64,000 nucleotides of DNA from Candidatus Falkowbacteria bacterium (GTDB lineage: Bacteria > Patescibacteriota > Patescibacteriia > CAIXNZ01). Both the position numbers and the translations under genes were made by a program. A model generated the notes under the pieces. It did not search any database, was not told the DNA's origin, and saw only the letters and a list, made by a program, of their open reading frames with translations. Of the stretch, positions 29,812 to 38,192 are shown one piece after another (within the stretch, counting starts at the first letter, position 1; every line of letters begins with the position of its first letter). Where the stretch lies: contig CAVZGV010000006.1 in the NCBI GenBank assembly GCA_963774955.1, positions 223,224-287,223 of the forward strand, read 5' to 3'.

Positions 29812-29884
29812 AATTAAAAATAAAGACTAATTTTAAATATTATATACGGACCGACAAATTATATTTCTTCTAAAATCAACAACC

Positions 29885-30937
29885 TTATTCGAGTCTGACC
29901 TCATCGGAATGTTTCTTTTCCAAAAAATCTTCAAAAAAGACAGACAACGCGGTCGCTAAAGGAATAGCCAAGATAACACCGGCAAAACCACCGAGCCTGA
30001 CACCGATCAAAAGAGCGCAAATACTAATTACCGGATTTAAACCCACAGCTTTGCGCATGACATTTGGCACTAAAATATTATTTTCAAAAATTTGAATAAG
30101 GATATAACAAATTAAAACCAGCAAAGCCTGAATTGGTGAATGCAGCAAAGTTAAAGACACGGCAATAAAGCCTGAAAATGCAGGGCCTAAATAAGGGATG
30201 AATTCCAAGAGTCCAGCGATAATTGCCAAAATCAAGGCGTATTTTACGCCCAAAGCCAATAAGACCAGGTACACGAGAATAAAAATACTAAAACATAAAA
30301 TTAATTGACCGCGCAGCCAAAGTCCTAATTGCTTTTCAATGCGATTGAAAAGCTGATAAGCATAAGGCAAGGAATCCGCCGGCAGGACAGAGCGCAAAAT
30401 CTTTTTCGGAGCGTTTTCTTCAACCAACAAATAAAAGGTAATGACTAAAATGACAAAAAACGCAAAAATATTGCCGATAAAATTTCCGATTCTGGAAAAG
30501 ATATCCGAGGTCGCCACAGGCAAGGTGGTCGTTAATGTATCCAGGTATGATTTGATTTGCTGAGAAACGCCGTAATTATTAAGAATCTGGCTAAAACTAG
30601 AAAATCTGGTGGCGATGGTTTCCCAGTATTGAGGGAAACTAATCCGCAACTGATCTGTCTGGTCAATTATAGGCGAAACCAGCAAGCTGACAATAACCGC
30701 CAAGAATGCCAGCATGCCCAGATAAATCATGAGTACCGCCACAATTTTGGGGATTTTCTTCTGTTTCAGCCAGGCAACCATTGGCTCCAAAATTGAAACC
30801 AAAATAAAGGCAAAAAATAAAATAGCGATCACTTCCCTGATCAGATAGGCCAGCCAAATTAAAAGCCCGGCAAACAATATTTTAATAATTGTTCCCGGAG
30901 TAATTTCAAAAAATATTTTCCTATTTATGCTGTCCAT
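29885..30937 (-). CDS. AI-2E family transporter
   Basis: LEPMVAWL, WLRGQL, LEFIPYLGP, ENNILVP, GVILAIP. Confidence 0.9.
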   Translation of the reverse strand: MDSINRKIFFEITPGTIIKILFAGLLIWLAYLIREVIAILFFAFILVSILEPMVAWLKQKKIPKIVAVLMIYLGMLAFLAVIVSLLVSPIIDQTDQLRISFPQYWETIATRFSSFSQILNNYGVSQQIKSYLDTLTTTLPVATSDIFSRIGNFIGNIFAFFVILVITFYLLVEENAPKKILRSVLPADSLPYAYQLFNRIEKQLGLWLRGQLILCFSIFILVYLVLLALGVKYALILAIIAGLLEFIPYLGPAFSGFIAVSLTLLHSPIQALLVLICYILIQIFENNILVPNVMRKAVGLNPVISICALLIGVRLGGFAGVILAIPLATALSVFFEDFLEKKHSDEVRLE

Positions 30938-31102
30938 AAATAACAGAAACCGCTTCTCGATCAAACTTGGAAAGTTTATTAGAAAGCGGTATTTTTTAGC
31001 CTTAAATTAGCATAAGTAATTATAATACTACTTATATTATAAGAAACTTGGGCTAATCGGTCAACCCTTGACAATCCAGGACTAATTATGCTAATTTAAC
31101 AT

Positions 31103-31240
31103 ATTGGGCAGCAGATTAATACCCACAGGACCTGAAGTTAATAAAAAAATCTATTACCCCTTTCTTTCTTAATTTTCACGGTTCTGTGGGTATTAATCTG
31201 CGATTCAATTGAAGAAGGCTGGCGCCTTCTTTCTTTATTT
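31103..31240 (+). ncRNA. Candidate small RNA (long hairpin plus terminator)
   Basis: TTGACA at 31068, ~45-bp stem, then gaagaaggc-tggc-gccttcttc-ttt. Confidence 0.5.
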
Positions 31241-31354
31241 CCATAAATACAAATGATATAGTGTAAAGTGAATAGTGAATAATTTTCAACCCCCTATACA
31301 TAACACCATTCACCAAACCAACCTCCTAGCCCTTACACATTACCCTAATAGACT

Positions 31355-31807
31355 ATGCCAACATTAGCCACCAATAAAAAAGCCAGATTTGACTATGAGA
31401 TACTGGAAACCTTTGAAGCCGGCATTGTTTTGTCTGGCCAAGAAGTCAAATCAGCCAAGGCCGGCCACATCAACCTAAACGGCGCCTATGTGTTTATAGA
31501 CAAAAAACGCAACGTGTTTTTAATCAATGCCAGCATAACCCTTTACAAGCCAGCCGGCCCCCAGCCAAATTACGATCCCAATCACTCCAGAAAGCTACTT
31601 TTACATCAGCAAGAAATTGATAATTTGGCGGGAAAAATCCAACAAGCAGGATTGACTTTAACCCCTCTTTCATTGTATACTAAACATAACAAAATTAAGG
31701 TAGAAATAGGCTTGGCCCGCGGCAAAAAAAAGTATGATAAACGCGAAACCATACGTAAAAGAGACGACCAACGCCAAATACAGCGCCTTTTAAAAACAAA
31801 AAGATAA
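31355..31807 (+). CDS. smpB: SsrA-binding protein
   Basis: NKKARFDYEILETFEAGIVL, RKLLLH, GKKKYDKRE. Confidence 0.97.
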   Translation: MPTLATNKKARFDYEILETFEAGIVLSGQEVKSAKAGHINLNGAYVFIDKKRNVFLINASITLYKPAGPQPNYDPNHSRKLLLHQQEIDNLAGKIQQAGLTLTPLSLYTKHNKIKVEIGLARGKKKYDKRETIRKRDDQRQIQRLLKTKR

Positions 31808-31856
31808 AATAATTCCTAAGTTCTTAGTTATAAGTTCTTAGTTCTGATTTATTAAA

Positions 31857-32240
31857 GGGGATGACCGGTTTCGATAGATTGATCTTTGAACAAAACGGCA
31901 AGCCGAGCTGCTACCATGCTCGTTAAACTGATAGCCACTTTATAAGTGCAAACACATTTTTAAGCAGGGTTAACGCAGCTTTTGCGTTCAACTTTGCTCC
32001 TGTTGCCGCGTAATTGCCGCAACCATTCGGATCTTTGACGCCTAATAGAAGACTCCGGGTGTCAAACTTATTAGGCTCTGTTAAGCAAGGCTCGCCTCTG
32101 CCAACTTAGCAAGAAAACTGGGGCAAGGTATAAGAATTTGGTTAGGATTACTATCTTATATTTTCAACCTAATCCTAAACAAGCTTGTAGATGTTTTGCC
32201 GAAGGCTTTCTAGACGCGGGTTCAATTCCCGCCATCTCCA
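31857..32240 (+). ncRNA. ssrA: tmRNA; tag ORF 31948-32013 encodes ANTFLSRVNAAFAFNFAPVAA*
   Basis: 5' GGGGATG pairs with 3' CATCTCC-A with G3-U; T-arm gcgggttcaattcccgc; follows smpB; tag ends in AA. Confidence 0.95.
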
Positions 32241-32245
32241 CCCCT

Positions 32246-32421
32246 ACACTCCTGTCGTTACAAGGGGTGGTACTCCGTAGCTTTAGCGAAGGAGTACCCG
32301 ATCGCTACTATTTCTTAAACCCGCTTCAGAATATATTCGCTCCTCCGGAGCTTCGGGGTGTAAACACTCCTGTCGTTACAAGGGGTGGTACTCCGTAGCT
32401 TTAGCGAAGGAGTACCCGATC
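32246..32421. repeat. 58-bp perfect direct repeat x2 containing a TACTCCGTAGCTTTAGCGAAGGAGTA hairpin
   Basis: 32246-32303 is identical to 32364-32421. Confidence 0.85.
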
Positions 32422-32471
32422 TTTACTACCGCGTCTTAGGGTGTATACACTTATAAAACCAAAACAAAAAA

Positions 32472-32738
32472 ATGGAATACATTGTTTACATTTTACAAAG
32501 TGAAAAAGACGGAAGTCATTATACAGGGCTCACTACTGACTTAAGGCTAAGAATCAAAAGTCATAATGAAGGAACTTCAATATATTCTTCGTCCAAAAAG
32601 CCTTTTATCCTTGTATGGCACTGCTCATTCCCTGATAAAAAATTAGCCGCTAAGTTTGAACATTATTTAAAAACAGGCTCCGGCATAGCCTTTCGCAACA
32701 AAAGATTAATAAATTACCATAAAAATATAAAACATTAA
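32472..32738 (+). CDS. GIY-YIG nuclease family protein
   Basis: VYILQS...YTGLT...RIKSHN...FEHYLKTGSG. Confidence 0.9.
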   Translation: MEYIVYILQSEKDGSHYTGLTTDLRLRIKSHNEGTSIYSSSKKPFILVWHCSFPDKKLAAKFEHYLKTGSGIAFRNKRLINYHKNIKH

Positions 32739-32771
32739 TTAGTAAAAATTTCGTGATAATTCGTTCAACTT

Positions 32772-33335
32772 ATGAAACGTATCAAATTCGGCCGCAGGCC
32801 GTTAATAAAACTTCTTCCCCAGGAAATTTATCCGGTTAATGAAAAAATCCGCGAACCAGAACTTCGGGTCATTGATGAAAACAACCAGATGGTCGGTGTT
32901 ATTCCAACAGCTCAGGCCTTGCAAATGGCTAAAGAACGAGAATTAGACCTGGTTGTAGTTTCCCCTAAAGCCCAGCCACCTGTAGCTAAATTTTTAAGTT
33001 ATAGCAGTTATAAATACCAAAAAGAGAAAGAAGCACGCAAACAAAAAGCTTTGCAAAAATCAGCGGAAATGAAAGAAATCAGACTTTCTCCAAGAATTGG
33101 GCGACATGACTTGGATATTAGACTAAAACAAGCCGAAAAATTCATCCAACGCGGAGATAAAGTAGTTATCATTGTCATGATGAAAGGTCGCGAGAAGCAG
33201 CATGCTGATTTGGGCCGACAAATACTGGAAACCTTTATTAAGGACCTGAGTTTGATTATTAAAATAAAATTAGAACAAGAAATTAAGCGCCAAGGCGGTA
33301 ACTTCTCAGCCATTATTCTGGCAGACAAGGCCTAA
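32772..33335 (+). CDS. infC: Translation initiation factor IF-3
   Basis: NEKIR, LDLVVVSP, KEIRLSP, GDKV, GRE. Confidence 0.96.
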   Translation: MKRIKFGRRPLIKLLPQEIYPVNEKIREPELRVIDENNQMVGVIPTAQALQMAKERELDLVVVSPKAQPPVAKFLSYSSYKYQKEKEARKQKALQKSAEMKEIRLSPRIGRHDLDIRLKQAEKFIQRGDKVVIIVMMKGREKQHADLGRQILETFIKDLSLIIKIKLEQEIKRQGGNFSAIILADKA

Positions 33336-33487
33336 ACTTGACTAATTTTAATTAAAAAGCTACAATATGCTTAAATTAGCTTAAAGAGCTAATTTTATAT
33401 TTACAGAATAAACAGTTACTAAAAGCTGTGCCGCAAAGCGGCATCCCGCTGCGCGGGGTAATCTTAAATCTTAAAATAGTTACAAAT

Positions 33488-33688
33488 ATGCCAAAAATGA
33501 AAACCCACAAAAGTATTGCCAAACGCTTCAAAATATCCAAGACCGGCAAATTGATTAAAAGAAAAGCTGGCCAGGGACATTTTAATGCTCGTGAAAAAGG
33601 CAGTGTTACCCGGGCCAAAAGACTCAATAAAAGCACGGCTGAAGCAGTAGCCAAACCATTAAAACAGTTAATTCCCTATTCAAATTAA
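33488..33688 (+). CDS. rpmI: 50S ribosomal protein L35
   Basis: MPKMKTHKSIAKRFK; true start at 33488. Confidence 0.95.
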   Translation: MPKMKTHKSIAKRFKISKTGKLIKRKAGQGHFNAREKGSVTRAKRLNKSTAEAVAKPLKQLIPYSN

Positions 33689-33737
33689 AACTAACCCAAT
33701 TTTATTTTTTATATTTAATTTTTGATTTTCTAAAGAT

Positions 33738-34082
33738 ATGCCAAGAGTAAAACGAGCCGTTATCCATTTGAAAAAAAGACGCACCATCAGAAAAGCCACC
33801 AAAGGCTATATGTGGGGCCGTAAAAAAACTATCAGACTGGGCCACACAGCTATGCTTAAGGCCGGTGTTTATGCGTTTGCCCATCGTCGCGATAAAAAAG
33901 GCGATTTTCGCAAGCTCTGGAATACCAGAATCAATGCAGCTGTGAGAGAACATGGTCTGAGCTATTCCAAATTTATTAATTTGCTGGCTAAGAAAAAAAT
34001 CGAACTTGATCGCAAAGTCCTGGCTGACCTGGCCATGAATTACCCGGAAGTATTTATAAAAATCATTGACGCAGTAAAATAA
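33738..34082 (+). CDS. rplT: 50S ribosomal protein L20
   Basis: MPRVKR, FRKLWNTRINAA, LDRKVLADLA. Confidence 0.97.
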   Translation: MPRVKRAVIHLKKRRTIRKATKGYMWGRKKTIRLGHTAMLKAGVYAFAHRRDKKGDFRKLWNTRINAAVREHGLSYSKFINLLAKKKIELDRKVLADLAMNYPEVFIKIIDAVK

Positions 34083-34084
34083 GA

Positions 34085-34110
34085 AAAACCCCCGATAAAC
34101 CGGGGTTTTT
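34085..34110 (+). terminator. Intrinsic terminator after rplT
   Basis: aaaaacccccgataaaccggggtttt. Confidence 0.7.
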
Positions 34111-34230
34111 CTATTTTTCCCAGGAGGTTAAAGTCAACGGACCTTGACAACTTAATAAAATCATGTTATGATGATTTGTTGTGTTTTTTTTAATGTGAAA
34201 ATTGTTTTAATCAAGGTAACTACAAAAACT

Positions 34231-34761
34231 ATGGAACAGACAGAAAGAGAACGAGTGTTTCTGGTGAAAAAATTGCCTGCTGATCTAAATCAGTATCAGC
34301 CCATCACGATTCAAGTCGGCGATTTTTTCGACTCCAATTCCCCTGACGCCTTAAAAATCAGACGCAAAGGCGATCATTGTCATCTGATCAAAAAGCTTAC
34401 CAACTCTGCCCTGGAAAGAATCGAACACGTAATCGACATCAAACCGGGAGAATTCGATGCGCTGATCAAAGCCACAGTCCAATCACACAAAAAGTTAAGA
34501 TACTTCTACCCGTACGGCCAATACACCTGTGAACTGGACTGTTATCAAGACAGCTTAAACGGCTATGTCCGGGTGGAAGTGGAATTTGAAACCGAACAGG
34601 AAGCAAAGGACTTTGTACCGCCGGAGTGGTTTGGCGACGAAATCACGGAAATCAACCATGAAATTCATGAAGATCTGGGTCTAGTGACCTTTGATGAGAT
34701 GAAAGAACGCTACGCCAAAAAAGGAATCAACTTATTTCCAGTCTTTTTATCAGCTAATTAA
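34231..34761 (+). CDS. CYTH domain (triphosphate tunnel metalloenzyme) protein
   Basis: ERERVFLV (ExExK-like), KKLRY, EVEF, PEWFGDEIT; own TTGACA-17-TATGAT promoter at 34144. Confidence 0.85.
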   Translation: MEQTERERVFLVKKLPADLNQYQPITIQVGDFFDSNSPDALKIRRKGDHCHLIKKLTNSALERIEHVIDIKPGEFDALIKATVQSHKKLRYFYPYGQYTCELDCYQDSLNGYVRVEVEFETEQEAKDFVPPEWFGDEITEINHEIHEDLGLVTFDEMKERYAKKGINLFPVFLSAN

Positions 34762-34871
34762 CAGCTGCCCTTATCGGGGCCGCTGTTTTTTTTACATATT
34801 GGTTAGCATTTTGACAACTTACAAACAACTTTTTAAAACAAACATCAACTAATAAAACACGGGGGTGTGCG

Positions 34872-36653
34872 ATGAAACCGAAAGTCGTTCTTGTCAATTT
34901 GATTTCTATGGATTATCTGACCCGCTATCAGGCGCCGCTAGCTGTGAATGTCCTGGCCGGATATTTGCATGCCAAAATTCCGAACATTCCGATCGAAATT
35001 CTCGATATGCAGAAAATTTTCAAAACGCATAATAACGACGGGCAAACCGTGGCTGAAAATTTTCAACGCACCATTGACCAGGTCATTACTGAAATCCTGG
35101 ACAATTGCCAAAAAGGCCCGACACTTGTCGGCCTTTCAATCAAATGGACGACCCAAAAAATCGCCCAGGAGATTATTGAACGGGTTCACGAGCAGTCTCC
35201 CCTTGCCAAGCCGCTTTTTATCATCGGCAACATCGGAGCCACCCATGGCTACCACGAACTTCTGCTGCAGCCGTCATTTCAGGATGTGCTGGCAGTCGTT
35301 GGCGAAGGCGAAGAAGCTCTGACCCAAATCGGACATCAGGCCAGGACGCACCTGACTTCTTTCTGCACCAAGCAGCATTATCAAGACATTGCCGGTGTCG
35401 CTGTGAACCTTGACGGCAATATTCACCTCTGTCCTCCGCAACAAATCGATTTGGCCAATTATCCTCGGCTTGAGATTGTTAACCCTGCCGATATCTACGA
35501 TGAAGAATGGGACGTGCATGCGCTGGAGACCAGTCGCGGCTGTCCCTGGGGCAGATGCAAATTCTGTTCCATCAGAAAACAGTTTGACAACGGGCAGCCA
35601 AATAACCGGGACAACAACAATTGGCGCTGGCGCGGCTTTGCCGTGGACAAGGTCCTCGACGATATTAGAAAATACGCGGCCTTGGGTGTCAGAAAATTCG
35701 ATTTCAAAGATTCTGAATTTTTTGGCCCCATGAAAACCAAGGCCGATTTTGAGACGTCGATTATCAGAGCCGAAATGATTGCCAAAGGTATTTTAACCAT
35801 CAACGAGGAACTTAAGGAAAACAACGACAACGTGCCTGACAAAACTATTTCCATTACCCATGTCTCTGCCCGCGTGGACACTATTTATAGTTCCCGCACG
35901 GGTGAAGAAGAAAGAAATGTCAGGCGTAAAAACGTCTATGCCCTGCTCAAATCCTGCGGTCTGCGCCGAGTTTATCTGGGCATTGAATCGGGCAGTCCGA
36001 CTCAGCTCAAACGCTTCTGCAAAGGAGTGCCGGTCTCGGACAACCTGAAAGCGATCACTATTTTGCGTGAACTCGGTCTGGAAATCGAAGTTGGCTTTAT
36101 CTTCTTCGACTATCTGGCTACTCTCGATGACTTGCACGCCAATATCGCCTTCATCGAGAAAAGCCGGATTCACCAGACTGATTCCCGCATCTTGGGCAGC
36201 CTGCGCATCCAAAAAGGCTCACCCTATGTTGATCTGGCCAGAAAGGAAAATATTCTCGGACAGGAAGATCCCGGTCAGCTCAGCTATCAAGCCAAGTTTT
36301 TGGATTCTAACGTTGAGTCCATTGAGAAAATCTTCACTACCTGGGAAAAAGCCACCCGAGCGCTGGTCAAAATCCTGCCCCGCTATCTGCGCATTGCCAG
36401 CTATCAACTTGATTTCTACTTTCTCAAAGCGCTGATCGCCTGCTTCCGCCACAAAAAAACCGCCAAACTGGCTGACTTGATTGACGACTTTGTCAGCCAG
36501 CGTGAAGAGCTGCTGCTGCTAATCGGCCAGGAAGCCGAAAACGGACGCTTTGGCAAACACAACCAGAAACTGCTGCGCGAATACCTGGCCTTGGCGCAAG
36601 ATAAAAATAATAGGCTGATCAGTCAAACCAAAAACCAAAACTTGGCCGCTTAA
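34872..36653 (+). CDS. Cobalamin-binding radical SAM enzyme
   Basis: N-terminal B12-binding domain (PLAVNVLAGYL, VGLS, VVGEGE); ETSRGCPWGRCKFC (CX4CX2C); LGIESGS. Confidence 0.88.
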   Translation: MKPKVVLVNLISMDYLTRYQAPLAVNVLAGYLHAKIPNIPIEILDMQKIFKTHNNDGQTVAENFQRTIDQVITEILDNCQKGPTLVGLSIKWTTQKIAQEIIERVHEQSPLAKPLFIIGNIGATHGYHELLLQPSFQDVLAVVGEGEEALTQIGHQARTHLTSFCTKQHYQDIAGVAVNLDGNIHLCPPQQIDLANYPRLEIVNPADIYDEEWDVHALETSRGCPWGRCKFCSIRKQFDNGQPNNRDNNNWRWRGFAVDKVLDDIRKYAALGVRKFDFKDSEFFGPMKTKADFETSIIRAEMIAKGILTINEELKENNDNVPDKTISITHVSARVDTIYSSRTGEEERNVRRKNVYALLKSCGLRRVYLGIESGSPTQLKRFCKGVPVSDNLKAITILRELGLEIEVGFIFFDYLATLDDLHANIAFIEKSRIHQTDSRILGSLRIQKGSPYVDLARKENILGQEDPGQLSYQAKFLDSNVESIEKIFTTWEKATRALVKILPRYLRIASYQLDFYFLKALIACFRHKKTAKLADLIDDFVSQREELLLLIGQEAENGRFGKHNQKLLREYLALAQDKNNRLISQTKNQNLAA

Positions 36654-36667
36654 CCCGGGGGTGTGTC

Positions 36668-37255
36668 ATGTCTGGAAAACTGGCAGTCTTTGAGGGCTTG
36701 GACGTTTCTGGCAAATCGACAATTGCCAAGACGATCGGCAAACAGGAAGGCTGGGTTTATTACAAGACTCCACCGCCTGCCTTTTTCGACCGCTGCCTGC
36801 AAATGAACACTGACGGCAAACCGTCTTATTCGGAACAGCGGATGCAGCTATTCATGGAATCACTGCAGTTCGCTTCCCGAAAAATTAAAGCCCTGCTGGC
36901 CAAAGACATTTCCGTGGCCTGCGACCGCTGGGTCTGGACCACCCTGTCTTACCATCTGGCTTTCAATGACAATCTGCGCTCTCAGGCTCTGAATAACTGG
37001 CAGAGCTATATCCCCCAAAATATGGTCCGACCTGATTTCAGCTTTCTGATTACGGTCAAAGACCAGGCGGAATGGCAAAAACGTGTCTGCGCCAGACCCA
37101 TACTGACTGCTCATGACCGGATGATAACCAACAACCGGAAAAAACGAGAGCTGGTCATGCATTTGTACCAGCGCTTTAATCCCGGGTTTATTGTTCTGGA
37201 CAATTCCGGAACACTTGCCGACACTCTGAATCTGGTGTCGAATTCTCTCAACTAA
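36668..37255 (+). CDS. Thymidylate-kinase-fold NMP kinase, CMPK2-like
   Basis: FEGLDVSGKST P-loop, KTPP, DRWVWTTLSY, RPD. Confidence 0.82.
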   Translation: MSGKLAVFEGLDVSGKSTIAKTIGKQEGWVYYKTPPPAFFDRCLQMNTDGKPSYSEQRMQLFMESLQFASRKIKALLAKDISVACDRWVWTTLSYHLAFNDNLRSQALNNWQSYIPQNMVRPDFSFLITVKDQAEWQKRVCARPILTAHDRMITNNRKKRELVMHLYQRFNPGFIVLDNSGTLADTLNLVSNSLN

Positions 37256-37265
37256 TTTTATATTA

Positions 37266-37297
37266 AAGCCCTTCCTGCAACTCAGGAAGGGCTTTTT
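37266..37297 (+). terminator. Terminator of the radical SAM-kinase operon
   Basis: aagcccttcctgcaactcaggaagggcttttt. Confidence 0.75.
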
Positions 37298-37363
37298 AGT
37301 ATTGATATTGACATTTTGCCATAATTAAGCTAAGTTAAATTATCAGAAACAAGGAGGATCAAA

Positions 37364-38137
37364 ATGAACAAGAACGTTCCTTTCATTAGTATCACTGACT
37401 TTATGAATCGAGTCCAGGCATATCAGATGTTAACTATTGCCAAAGAATACAACAGACAGGACAAACCAGTCAGGAAACTAGGCGTGGGTGTTATGATGAG
37501 CTATAAGACACTCCACGAGATACCGTCCAAATGGTCCCAAGCTTTTCCTCGAAATCAGGAAATATCCTCTATCTTTATTGATGATCCGCTGGCTTTCAAT
37601 GTTTTGCACTATGCAGACTATGAGGAAACTGATTTTTTTGCCAGCCTGCAATTTGCCCGCTACTGGGCCGGCTATAATCTGCACGCCATTCAGATGGACA
37701 TGATCTGGCCTGATCCCCGGGTAATTAAGGATTTTCGGGCTAAAAATCCGCATATCCAAATCATCCTGCAAGTCGGCGCCAAGGCCATTGAGCAAATCGG
37801 CACTAATCCCGAAAAACTCATTCAAAAGCTAAAAACTTATGGCCCCTGCCTGGATTATGTGCTTCTGGACAAAAGCATGGGCCAAGGCCATCCCATGGAT
37901 GCTCAAGGTCTAATTCCCTTTCTGGAAATTCTCGCTAACGAGCGACCGGATCTGGGATTAGTTGTTGCCGGTGGCTTAGGTCCGAATACATTGGACCTGG
38001 TCCAGCCCATCATTGCCAAATTTCCGCAAGTCAGTCTGGATGCCCAAGGCAAACTGCGTCCCAGCGGCAGTGCCCTGGATCCGGTTGACTGGGACATGGC
38101 AGGTACTTATTTGGAAAAAGCTTTCCAACTGTTTTAA
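37364..38137 (+). CDS. Orphan TIM-barrel protein, distantly TrpF/PRAI-like phosphate-binding barrel
   Basis: VLLDKSMGQG, VAGGLGP, SLDAQGKLR; own promoter, AAGGAGG SD and terminator. Confidence 0.65.
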   Translation: MNKNVPFISITDFMNRVQAYQMLTIAKEYNRQDKPVRKLGVGVMMSYKTLHEIPSKWSQAFPRNQEISSIFIDDPLAFNVLHYADYEETDFFASLQFARYWAGYNLHAIQMDMIWPDPRVIKDFRAKNPHIQIILQVGAKAIEQIGTNPEKLIQKLKTYGPCLDYVLLDKSMGQGHPMDAQGLIPFLEILANERPDLGLVVAGGLGPNTLDLVQPIIAKFPQVSLDAQGKLRPSGSALDPVDWDMAGTYLEKAFQLF

Positions 38138-38192
38138 ACTCAAAGACCCTCGCAATGCGGGGGTCTTTTTTATTATTTTCAACTTTATATTT

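Noticed and set aside
32138-32398. 86-aa ORF after smpB; also the N-terminal extensions of rpmI (33428), CYTH (34168), GT4 (23623) and GIY-YIG (45722)
   Set aside because: They overlap tmRNA, repeats, promoters or neighbouring genes; family homology starts at the downstream ATG.
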